The translations under genes were made by a program, and so were the position numbers. Of a stretch of DNA of 64,000 nt, positions 38,605 through 48,058 are shown one piece after another (positions within the stretch are counted from its first letter, which is position 1; each line of letters starts with the position of its first letter). Source of the stretch: Anthoceros angustus (Eukaryota; Plantae; Anthocerotophyta); NCBI GenBank assembly GCA_010909165.1, contig MU008181.1, positions 186,001-250,000 on the forward strand. The letters run 5' to 3'. The notes under the pieces are model-generated. The model saw only the letters and a program-made list of their open reading frames with translations, searched no databases and was not told the DNA's origin.

Positions 38605-41600
38605 TCACAGTCGACCCTTACAACTGCAACAACCAGCTGCAAATCGATGCACTCGGTACCCATCCCTTACAACAATGTCTCTCTGTTCAACCCTTGACAT
38701 TATCTCAGTGGAGCTGTGGCAGTCGCTGCACATGCGTAGATTCTTCGTTACCACCAGAGGTGTCCCACTCGGAGTGTTCAAGAGACCAAAAGCCAGAGCC
38801 AGCTTCTCAGCATGCCCACAAAGTGCATCTTCTTTTTCCTTCTCAGAAAGTGGCTTCAGCACCAACTTTGTGTGTGGTACGTGGCCCCCTTCCTGCTTCA
38901 GACGTGCATTCACGCTCTCTACCTTGATTGCAATATCATCTCTGTTTTCTCCCACCACAAATGTGTGTACCTGCTTCTCCACCTCAATGCCTGCCACACC
39001 AGGTTTTTTGCAAGCTCCTGCTACCATTCTCTGTTTTTCGATCCTCTCTGCATCGGTCCACCTACCTGCATCTGCATAGGCATGGGCCATCAGCACATAC
39101 GCAGATGCATTCTGAGGCTCCAGTCTAATCAGACTCTCAAAACACCACGTCGCCCTCAATATATCCCCATGACTTCTGCAGGAATTCAGCAAAGACGTCA
39201 ACCCCACAACATTACTTTGGCTCTCACATGATAATAACATGTTCTCTGCTTCATCCAAGTGGCCTGCACGCCCAAGAAGATCAATCATGCAATTGTAATG
39301 CTCAATACTGGGTTTGATGCCACGTTGTTCCACCATGGAATCAAAATGCTTGCGACCCTCATTCACCAGTCCCGAGTGACTGCATGCTGCTAAAAGGCAA
39401 GTAAAAGTAGTATCATTGGGCTGAATACCTGCGATCAACATCTCCTCAAAACAAGCTAAAGCATGGTGACCTTCATCACAAGAACCACACCCCGCGATCA
39501 GGGCATTCCATGTCACCACATCCTTTGACACCAAGCTGTCAAAAACCCGGCGTGCGTCTTCCAGTTCGCCACATTTTGCATACATGTCCAACAGGCAGTT
39601 GCCCACAACTATGTTATCTAACTGTCCTCTTTCCACAATCTGTGCGTGCAGCCGCCTGCCCTTCTGTAAGGAACCTGAGCTTGCACAGGCCTTCAGAAGG
39701 CAAGCAAAAGTAAAATCGTTCCCCACAATCTGGCCCTCCTGCTCCATTTGCTCACTCAGAACAAGCGCCTCTTGGCCCAAACCTTGCTGTGCATATCCAG
39801 AAATCATGGAATTCCATGTCACCACATCCTTTGTGACCAAGCTATCAAAGACCCAGCGTGCCTCTTCCAGTTCGCCACACTTTGCATACATGTCCACGAG
39901 GCAATTGCCTACAAGTATGTTATCTAGCTGTCCACTTTCCACAATCTGTAAGTGCAGCTGCCTGCCCATCTGTAATGCACCAGCGCTTGCACACGCCTTC
40001 AGAAGGCAAGCAAAAGTAACATGGTTACCCACAATAAAGCCTTCCTGCTCCATTTGTCCATACAGGAAAAGCGCCTCTTGGCCAAGTCCATGATTTGCAT
40101 ACCCGGCAATCAGGGCGGTCCACGTCACTACATCCCTTGTCCTCAAGTTGTCAAAAACCTGGCGTGCATCTTCCATTTGGCCACATTTTACGTACATATC
40201 CACAAGGCAGTTTCCCACAAGTATGTTATCTTGCTGTCCTCTTTCAACAATGTGAGAGTGGAGCTGCCTCCCCTTCTGTATGGCACCAGCACTTGCAATG
40301 GCCTTCAGAAGGCAAGCAAACGTAACATGGTTACCTACAACCAGGCCCTCCTGCTCCATCTGGTCATACAGAAGAAGCGCCTGCTGGGCCAGCCCTTGCT
40401 GTGCATAACCAGCAATCAGGGTATTCCATGTCACCACATCCTTTGTGGTCAAGCTGTCAAAAACCTGGCGTGCAGCTTCTAGTTCGCCACATTTTGCATA
40501 CATGTCCACCAAGGAGTTGCCCACAATAATATTATCCAGCTGCCCTCTCTCCACAATGTGTAAATGCAGTTGCCTCCCCTTCTGTAAGGCACCAGCACTT
40601 GCACAGGCCTTCAGAAGGCAAGCAAAAGTAACATCGCTCTCAACAATAAGGCCCTCTTCCAGCATTTGCCCGTACAGAACAAGTGCCTCTTGGCCGAGAC
40701 CTTGCTGTGCATACCCAGCAAGCAGGGCATTCCAAGTCACCACGTCCTTCGTGGCCAAGTTGTCAAAAACCCGGCGTGCATCTTCCACTTCACCACACTT
40801 TGCATACATGTCCACCAGGCAGTTGCCCACAAGCATGTTATCTAGCAGTCCTCTTGCCACAACCTGTGAGTGCAACTGCCTGCCTTTCTGTAACGCACCA
40901 GTGCTTGCACAGGCCTTCAAGAGGCAAGCATAAGTGACATGGTTACCTACAATGAAGCCCTCCCGTTCCATTTGGTCATACAGAACAAGCGCCTCTTGGC
41001 CAAGCCCATGATTTGCATACCCAGCAATCAGGGACGTCCATGTCACCACGTCCTTTGTGGGCAAGCTGTCAAAAACCCTGCGTGCACCTTCAAGTTCGCC
41101 ACATTTTGCATACATGTCCACCAGGCAGTTGCCAACAAACAAGTTCAGAGAAACGCCACTGTGCAACACATCGTAGTGCACTTCTCTGCCAGATTCCAAG
41201 TCCGCAGCAAAGGCACAAGCTTGAAGGGCTGCTACATACACGTGAGCATCCGCCTTCACACCCGAGCGACGCATCTCATGGTACAGTTCTATGGCGTCCT
41301 TAGGTTTCCCATGTTTAGCATGGGCAGAGATTATGGAACACCACAAGAAGGCATTTGGTTTCCCCACTCTGGTGAACACATCCATCGCCTCCTCTAGTCT
41401 CCCTCCACATGCATACATGCGCAAGATATTGTTCCCCAAGTACGTACTTGACTCGTACCCGAGTTTAACAGCGAGATGATGAACTCGACGCCCCGCAACC
41501 AAATCTTTCTTAGATGCACACAGCTTTAGCACAGTATACAAGAGAGACTCCGAAACAGAACAATTTGTGTGCGCCAGACATTCCAGGGCTCCCACGGCCT

Positions 41601-42126
41601 CTGTAAGCTTCCCCTGCTGACATAACGTGCTCACGGTTACAGCTGTTACCACGCCCATTTCCGATCCTGCACGCCTGCTATCATCCGGTGAGCTGGACTT
41701 GGAAGGAGAGGCACCATGACCCATCTGCATATCCAAAGAAACGAGCTGGTTATCCACCCAAGCTGGCTTAAACATGTTGTCTAACCAGAGGACCTCGCGG
41801 GACCCCTTACGCCGGAAGTCAGGCGAACGAGAGCTCTTCTTACCTCGCCTGTTATCCCACCACATGGCAGGGTCCAGAAAGAATTGTCGCCACAAGAGCT
41901 CCTGCTCCTGCTCCTGGCCCTGGCCCTGGCGACCACCATCGCTGGAAAATCCTTCCCCAGCCATCCAATTGCTCGGAAGTGCTGCGTTCCTGACACTGCT
42001 GCACCTGGACGCCTGGTTGTTTACCAGGGGCTGACTCCCTAAGTTGCGCTGAGCTCCTCGTACAATCCCTGGACAACCACCATTCTGTGGAGGCCACAAT
42101 GGATCGGGTTGCCATACAGTGGCCAT
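38605..42126 (-). CDS. PPR-A: intronless PLS-class PPR protein, 1173 aa, N-terminal OSB-type PDF motif + ~8 PLS triplets + E1/E2 + DYW:KP domain ending GRL
   Basis: Repeats [15 protein letters not shown] / [12 protein letters not shown] / [14 protein letters not shown]-terminus KKPGVAGIEV...[36 protein letters not shown]...GCCSCKGRL. Confidence 0.95.
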   Translation of the reverse strand: MATVWQPDPLWPPQNGGCPGIVRGAQRNLGSQPLVNNQASRCSSVRNAALPSNWMAGEGFSSDGGRQGQGQEQEQELLWRQFFLDPAMWWDNRRGKKSSRSPDFRRKGSREVLWLDNMFKPAWVDNQLVSLDMQMGHGASPSKSSSPDDSRRAGSEMGVVTAVTVSTLCQQGKLTEAVGALECLAHTNCSVSESLLYTVLKLCASKKDLVAGRRVHHLAVKLGYESSTYLGNNILRMYACGGRLEEAMDVFTRVGKPNAFLWCSIISAHAKHGKPKDAIELYHEMRRSGVKADAHVYVAALQACAFAADLESGREVHYDVLHSGVSLNLFVGNCLVDMYAKCGELEGARRVFDSLPTKDVVTWTSLIAGYANHGLGQEALVLYDQMEREGFIVGNHVTYACLLKACASTGALQKGRQLHSQVVARGLLDNMLVGNCLVDMYAKCGEVEDARRVFDNLATKDVVTWNALLAGYAQQGLGQEALVLYGQMLEEGLIVESDVTFACLLKACASAGALQKGRQLHLHIVERGQLDNIIVGNSLVDMYAKCGELEAARQVFDSLTTKDVVTWNTLIAGYAQQGLAQQALLLYDQMEQEGLVVGNHVTFACLLKAIASAGAIQKGRQLHSHIVERGQQDNILVGNCLVDMYVKCGQMEDARQVFDNLRTRDVVTWTALIAGYANHGLGQEALFLYGQMEQEGFIVGNHVTFACLLKACASAGALQMGRQLHLQIVESGQLDNILVGNCLVDMYAKCGELEEARWVFDSLVTKDVVTWNSMISGYAQQGLGQEALVLSEQMEQEGQIVGNDFTFACLLKACASSGSLQKGRRLHAQIVERGQLDNIVVGNCLLDMYAKCGELEDARRVFDSLVSKDVVTWNALIAGCGSCDEGHHALACFEEMLIAGIQPNDTTFTCLLAACSHSGLVNEGRKHFDSMVEQRGIKPSIEHYNCMIDLLGRAGHLDEAENMLLSCESQSNVVGLTSLLNSCRSHGDILRATWCFESLIRLEPQNASAYVLMAHAYADAGRWTDAERIEKQRMVAGACKKPGVAGIEVEKQVHTFVVGENRDDIAIKVESVNARLKQEGGHVPHTKLVLKPLSEKEKEDALCGHAEKLALAFGLLNTPSGTPLVVTKNLRMCSDCHSSTEIMSRVEQRDIVVRDGYRVHRFAAGCCSCKGRL

Positions 42127-42763
42127 CTTCCAGACGCCGCTCTCGGAAGATTGAGATCATGCAACATACAACACAATTCGCAGGCCGTGGCCGGATGCTG
42201 AAGTACCGGGCATGACCAGACCACCCTTAGCAAGCACAGGATTTACCGATGGCCAAGACACCAAAACGAAATCATATGCTCCATTGGAGCAACAAGGTGA
42301 TGACGACAGAAGGACTTCCAGGGGATCGGGATGCTTGTAATCTTTGTCCTGAGGGCATAAACCATGAAACGCGTGTGAGCACAGTTCGCTGTTTAGGGGT
42401 GGACTGAACGTCGGTACCTCCATTCGACTGTGTTGGCTGATAATCAAACACACTTGCACAAGTATCTGGAACATTTACTTGTCTGTTTGGCGGTGCTTGT
42501 TCTTGATCAGGTTTTTCCATATAGGATGGAATCCATCGTCGGTGTGATGGTCCCTAGGACACCCCAAATGGATCGCGCGAGCGACACAAATGATAGGTCA
42601 GGTCTGGATGTGTACCTCGAACTTGCTCTGACATGGACTTATTTGAAGCGTCTTGTTGGACGACCGTGACACAAAAGGGGAGAGGAGGGCCTGTCCGTCA
42701 CATGATCGAGCGTGGTGAGTCTAACACACCCGCTGAGAACTGGCTACTAGTCCATTTTCGTTC

Positions 42764-45364
42764 TCACGGTCGACCCTTACAACTGCAACAACCAGCCGCG
42801 AATCGATGTACACGGTACCCATCCCTTACAACAATGTCTCTCTTTTCAACCCTTGACATTATCTCGGTGGAGCTGTGGCAGTCGCTGCACATGCGTAGAT
42901 TCTTGGTTACCACCAAAGGTGTGCCACTCGGGGTGTTCAGGAGACCAAAAGCCAGAGCCAGCTTCTCGGCATGCCCACAGAGTGCGTCTTCCTTTTCCTT
43001 CTCAGACACTGGCTTCAGCACCAACTTTGTGTGAGGTACGTGGCCCCCTTCCTGCTTCAGACGTGCATTCATGCTCTCGACCTTAGGCGCAATGTCAGAT
43101 CTATTTTCTCCCACCAGAAATGTATGCACCTGATTATTCACCTCAATGCCCGCCTCTGCAGGTTTTTTGTTAGCTCCAGCTACCATTCTCTGTGTTTCAA
43201 TCCTCTCTGCATCAGTCCACATACCGGCATCTGCATAGGCATGGGCCATCAGGACATATGCGGATGCACCATTAGGCTCCAGTTTAACCAGAGTTTCAAA
43301 ACACTGGGCCGCCCTCACTATGTCTCCATGATTTTTGCAGGCATTCAGCAACGACGTCAAACCCACGACATTGTTGCGGCTCTCGCATGATAATAGCATG
43401 TTCTCTGCCTCATCTAAATGGCCTGCACGGCCAAGCAGATCAATCATGCTATTGTAATGGTCAATCGTAGGTTTGATGCCATGCTGTTCAACCATGGCAT
43501 CAAAGTGCTTGCGACCCTCATTCACCAATCCCGCATGACTGCAAGCTACTAAAAGGCAAGTAAATGTGATATCATTAGGCTGAATACCTCCCACCAACAT
43601 CTCCTGAAAACAAGCTAGCGCACTGTGACCTTCATCAGCGGCACCATACCCAGCTATCAGGGCATTCCATGTCACCACGTCCTTTGTGGTCAGGCTGTCA
43701 AAAACACAGCGTGCATCTTCCAGTTCGCCACATTTTGCATACATGTCCACAAGGCAGTTGCCGATAATTACGTTATGCAGATGTCCTCTTTCTACAATCT
43801 GCGAGTGCAGCTGCCTGCCCTTTTGTAAGGCACCGGCACTTGCACAGGCCTTCAGAAGGCAAGCAAAAGTAACATCGTTTCCCACAATCTGGCCCTCCTG
43901 CTCCATTTGTTCATACAGAGCAAGCGCCTCTTGGCCCGAACCTTGCTGTGCATACCCCGCAATGAGGGAATTCCATGTCACCACATCCTTTGTGGTCAAG
44001 CAATCAAAGACCCGGCGTGCATCTTCCAGTTCACCACACTTTGCATACATGTCCACTAGGCAATTGCCTATAAATATATTATCTACCTGTCCCCTTTCCA
44101 CAATCTGTGAGTGCAGCTGCCTGCCCTTCGTTAAGGCACCAGCGCTTGCACAGGCGTTCAGAAGGCAAGCGAAAGTAACATGGTTACCCACAATAAAGCC
44201 CTCCTGCTCCATTTCTTCATACAGAACAAGCGCCTCTTGGCCAAACCCATGATTTGCATACCCAGCAATCAGGGACGTCCATGTCACCACATCCTTTGTG
44301 GCCAAGCTGTCAAAAACCCTGCGTGCATCTTTCAGTTCGCCACATTTTGCATACATGTCCACCAGGCAGTTGCCAACAAACAAGTTAGGAGGAACGCCAT
44401 TGTGCACCACATCGTAGTGCACTTTTCTGCCAGATTCCAAGTCCGCAGCAAAAGCACAGGCTTGAAGGGCTGCCACAAACACGTGAGCATCCGCCCTCAC
44501 ACCTGAACGACGCATCTCATGGTACAGTTGTATGGCCTCCTTAGGTTTCCCATGTTTAGCATGGGCGGAGATTATGGAACACCAGATGAAGGCATTCGGC
44601 TTCCCCACTCTGGTGAACACATCCATCGCCTCATCTAGCCTCCCTCCACCCGCATACATGCGCAAGATATTGTTCCCCAAGTATGCATCAGACTCGTGCC
44701 CAAGTTTAACAGTGAGATGATGCACTCGTCGCCCCGCAACCAGATCCTTCTTAGCTGCACATAGCTTCAACACAGTATACAAGAGAGACTGAGAAACATG
44801 ACAGTTCGTGTGCGCGAGAGATTCCAGCGCTCCCACGGCCTCAGAAAGCTTCCCCTGTTGACACAACGTGCTCACGGTTACAGGCGTTACCACCCCCACT
44901 TCCGTCCCTGCAAGCCTGCCATAATCCGGAGAGCTGGACTTTGAAGGAGAGGCAGTATCACTCATCTGCATATCCAAAGAAACGAGCTGATCATCCACCC
45001 AAGCTGGCTTGAAGATGCTGTTTAACCAGAGGACCTGGCGGGACCCCTTACGCCGGAAGTGAGGTGAACATGAGCTCTCCTCACCTCGCCTGTTATCCCA
45101 CCACATGGCAGGGTCCAGAAAAAATTGTCGCCACAATAGCTCCTGCTCCAGGGCCTGGGCCTGGGGTCTAGAATCCCTGGACAATCGGTCCGCAGCCATC
45201 CCTTTGCTTGGGAGTGCTGCGTTCCGTACACTGCTGCACCTGGACGCTTGGTTGCTTCCCAGCGGTTGACAATCTAAGGCGAGGTGAGCGGGAGCTCGTC
45301 CTAGCATCCCTGTACACCGAATTTGTTGGATACACAACGGATCTGGTTGGCATATAGTTTCCAT
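42764..45364 (-). CDS. PPR-B: intronless PLS-class PPR protein, 866 aa, PDF-like motif + ~5 PLS triplets + E1/E2 + DYW:KP (GRP) domain
   Basis: Paralogue of PPR-A; KKPAEAGIEV, GHAEKLA, CSDCH, ends CSCKGRP. Confidence 0.95.
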   Translation of the reverse strand: METICQPDPLCIQQIRCTGMLGRAPAHLALDCQPLGSNQASRCSSVRNAALPSKGMAADRLSRDSRPQAQALEQELLWRQFFLDPAMWWDNRRGEESSCSPHFRRKGSRQVLWLNSIFKPAWVDDQLVSLDMQMSDTASPSKSSSPDYGRLAGTEVGVVTPVTVSTLCQQGKLSEAVGALESLAHTNCHVSQSLLYTVLKLCAAKKDLVAGRRVHHLTVKLGHESDAYLGNNILRMYAGGGRLDEAMDVFTRVGKPNAFIWCSIISAHAKHGKPKEAIQLYHEMRRSGVRADAHVFVAALQACAFAADLESGRKVHYDVVHNGVPPNLFVGNCLVDMYAKCGELKDARRVFDSLATKDVVTWTSLIAGYANHGFGQEALVLYEEMEQEGFIVGNHVTFACLLNACASAGALTKGRQLHSQIVERGQVDNIFIGNCLVDMYAKCGELEDARRVFDCLTTKDVVTWNSLIAGYAQQGSGQEALALYEQMEQEGQIVGNDVTFACLLKACASAGALQKGRQLHSQIVERGHLHNVIIGNCLVDMYAKCGELEDARCVFDSLTTKDVVTWNALIAGYGAADEGHSALACFQEMLVGGIQPNDITFTCLLVACSHAGLVNEGRKHFDAMVEQHGIKPTIDHYNSMIDLLGRAGHLDEAENMLLSCESRNNVVGLTSLLNACKNHGDIVRAAQCFETLVKLEPNGASAYVLMAHAYADAGMWTDAERIETQRMVAGANKKPAEAGIEVNNQVHTFLVGENRSDIAPKVESMNARLKQEGGHVPHTKLVLKPVSEKEKEDALCGHAEKLALAFGLLNTPSGTPLVVTKNLRMCSDCHSSTEIMSRVEKRDIVVRDGYRVHRFAAGCCSCKGRP

Positions 45365-48058
45365 CGTACGAGCTTGTGCTACTGCAACTGCACATTGTCA
45401 GTCCAAGGGCAACAACATCTCCAAGCTGGCGTTGCACGTCTCTTTAAGGAACCCGGACATCGCCACCACCTTGGAAGGAATGTGGTCCGTGGAGCAGGTG
45501 ACAGGAACCCTTCTGTTCGGACATTCACGGTTATAGCCTCTGCTTGTCCCTTAACCCTGGACAGGAGCGTGAGAATTACGCAGCAGCGCCATACCCTTCC
45601 CAACTGCCGACTTCTTGCACTCCCTACGATTGACCAGAGATTAGACGGACGCATCAAGGAATCATCAACCTTCAGCGCATGAAGGACATCATCAGTTGGC
45701 CGCACATCTTCCCATTGAACCAAGCACGTCTAAGCACGGTGCTAGGGAACAAGTGTCAGAAAAATTCTAAAACATATTCCTATAACAATGTGCAATTTAA
45801 ATGGACGATGGGAGCAAACTCGTACAATTTGTACAAGGTTTTGGCATCGTATATCAAGTAGTAGTTGATATATTTTATTAGATAATTAATGATAGTTAAT
45901 ATATTTTATTAGAAAGTTCATGATATATAAGATATAATTTACAGAAAGATATATATCATTAGTTTTTTTACATAATTTCTTTCATAAGTAATATTTTTGA
46001 ATGAAATTATGATAGCTTTCATATGAAAATTATGAAACGTTCATCTTTCTTTACTACGATTCTTACATAAGGTAGTGTCGTGAACAAAACAAATATATTT
46101 TCCAAAAAATAATTTATATTATGAATATTAAGTTATCATTGGTATCCAACTATATATAATTCACAAATATATAAGACAGTTCGGAATATTTTACTAGCGT
46201 TAGTTACTTCCACAAAGTGTTAAAGTTATGAACAAATATCTTTGAAATTCATTGATACGAAAGAAACAAATGTTTTAACATTTGCAAACACATTAGGAAC
46301 TTTATTGTACCATCTCTAATTCTCAATCTCCTCAAAGATACTACTCTTTACTTAAAATACTATTTGACAACCTTCTCAATGAATTCAAAAATCACAAAAT
46401 AAGCTAGAGATCACTAAATCGAGTTCATAAGTAACAACAAACTAAGATTTTCGCCTCAACTTGCGTTTCATTTCTCTCATTTCCCAACTAGTTCTTGTTT
46501 TTCTAAACTACCTGTTTCTATTCTGGTATAGTACTCTTCGTCTATACGCAATCGCAATCTTGAGTTGAAGCCAGTTTGGATCACATTGAACTTCTTGGCC
46601 TTAATTTTCCAGATCTTTATCTTGCTCACGTTGCCCTAAATAACTTTCATTATCGTAATGATGTTGAATAACTTTCATTCTTTCATTATTGTGATGAAGT
46701 AGAATAACTTTCATTACCGTAAAGACGTTGGAAGTGTTCGTATTTGGATGGATTGTAATGGTAACGATGTTGAAAGTGTTCGTATTTAGATAGATGTGCA
46801 CAAAGACTTGGTAAGATCTAGGATATGCCAGGGATGATTTCCTCACCCCTAAGGATATACAAAGTATGAGGCTCATGTTTCATCTTGTAAGTATGAACTT
46901 CATGGTAATGATGTTGAAAGTGTTTGTATTTGGATGGATGTGCACAAAAACTTAGTTTTCTATCTTGAGAATCCTACTGTTTCAAGCTTTGAGAATCCTA
47001 TTTCAAGCTTAATTCTTGCTAGTTGCACTCCATGTTAGTCTTCATTCACCCAGTTCTGTCTCAAGCTTTGTTCTTACTAGTTGCACTCCGTGTTCGTCTT
47101 CATTTACCTAGTTCGTTAACACGAGAATTCACCGATGTTTTCTAATTTTTGTTTAGTTCACAAACGATTAGATTCTTGTATGAGGGCAAGGTCCAACTAG
47201 AAGTGCCCTTGACTCATGTGGACCCATTACTATTTAACTTAATTTAATTTTTAAATATATAAAATTAATGAGGTATCATTATTATTACTTATTGTTACCC
47301 TGTCGTTAGACTCTTTATGGGTTTGGATTCCTTTGAGCTTGAGGTCCATTGGCAATCACGTCACGAACTCCTTAGTCTATGCTTCGCTCGAAGTTTCGCA
47401 CTCACAATTGCAGCAAGGCATGTCGAATGTAGCAATGATTTGTGCGCCAACTAATCATGCCCTTGGATTTGCTCAAGAACGTATTTTCGTACATGATTTC
47501 TACCACATATTTTGTATTAATAATACAGTCCACAAATCCAAGTAAGATCCTTTAAAATAAGTTTTATTTTTATTTAAATAAATAATTAATGTAATTTCAT
47601 GGTACAGATTAAGCAACCTGGAAGCCATACACACAACTCAGATTTGCAGTGTTGGACACAGAGAAAAATTATGACAGAAGCAAAAATAAAGAGAATCATA
47701 ATACTAAGTGTGTATGGGAAGAGAAAAAAACAAATATTGGTACGAAATTAGCATCGATCACTAACGTTTATTAAAATAAGAACTAGAAAAGTGGACCTAG
47801 TAAAGGACGGCTTGAATCATAACCAGGTGTAAGGGCCGAAGTACCTAGCCAAAGAGTGCAACTACCAGTAAAAGAGCCAAACGAGGGAAATCTTCTAACA
47901 AATATGAGCGGGTAGACCCACGGTGCCAAGATTGTGGTGATTCAGTTGATCCATTTGTTACCCGTAGCCCTAAAGCGTGGGGTCTGCGACATATTTAGGG
48001 CATCTCCAAGCTCGGCTTCCCGTAGTCGAGAGCCTAGCGGAAGAAAAATCGTGGCGCC

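Noticed and set aside
45860-47800. AT-rich block with short degenerate repeats (gtaatgatgttgaa..gtgtt.gtattt) as a transposon
   Set aside because: No terminal inverted repeats, TSD or coding remnant could be identified by eye.
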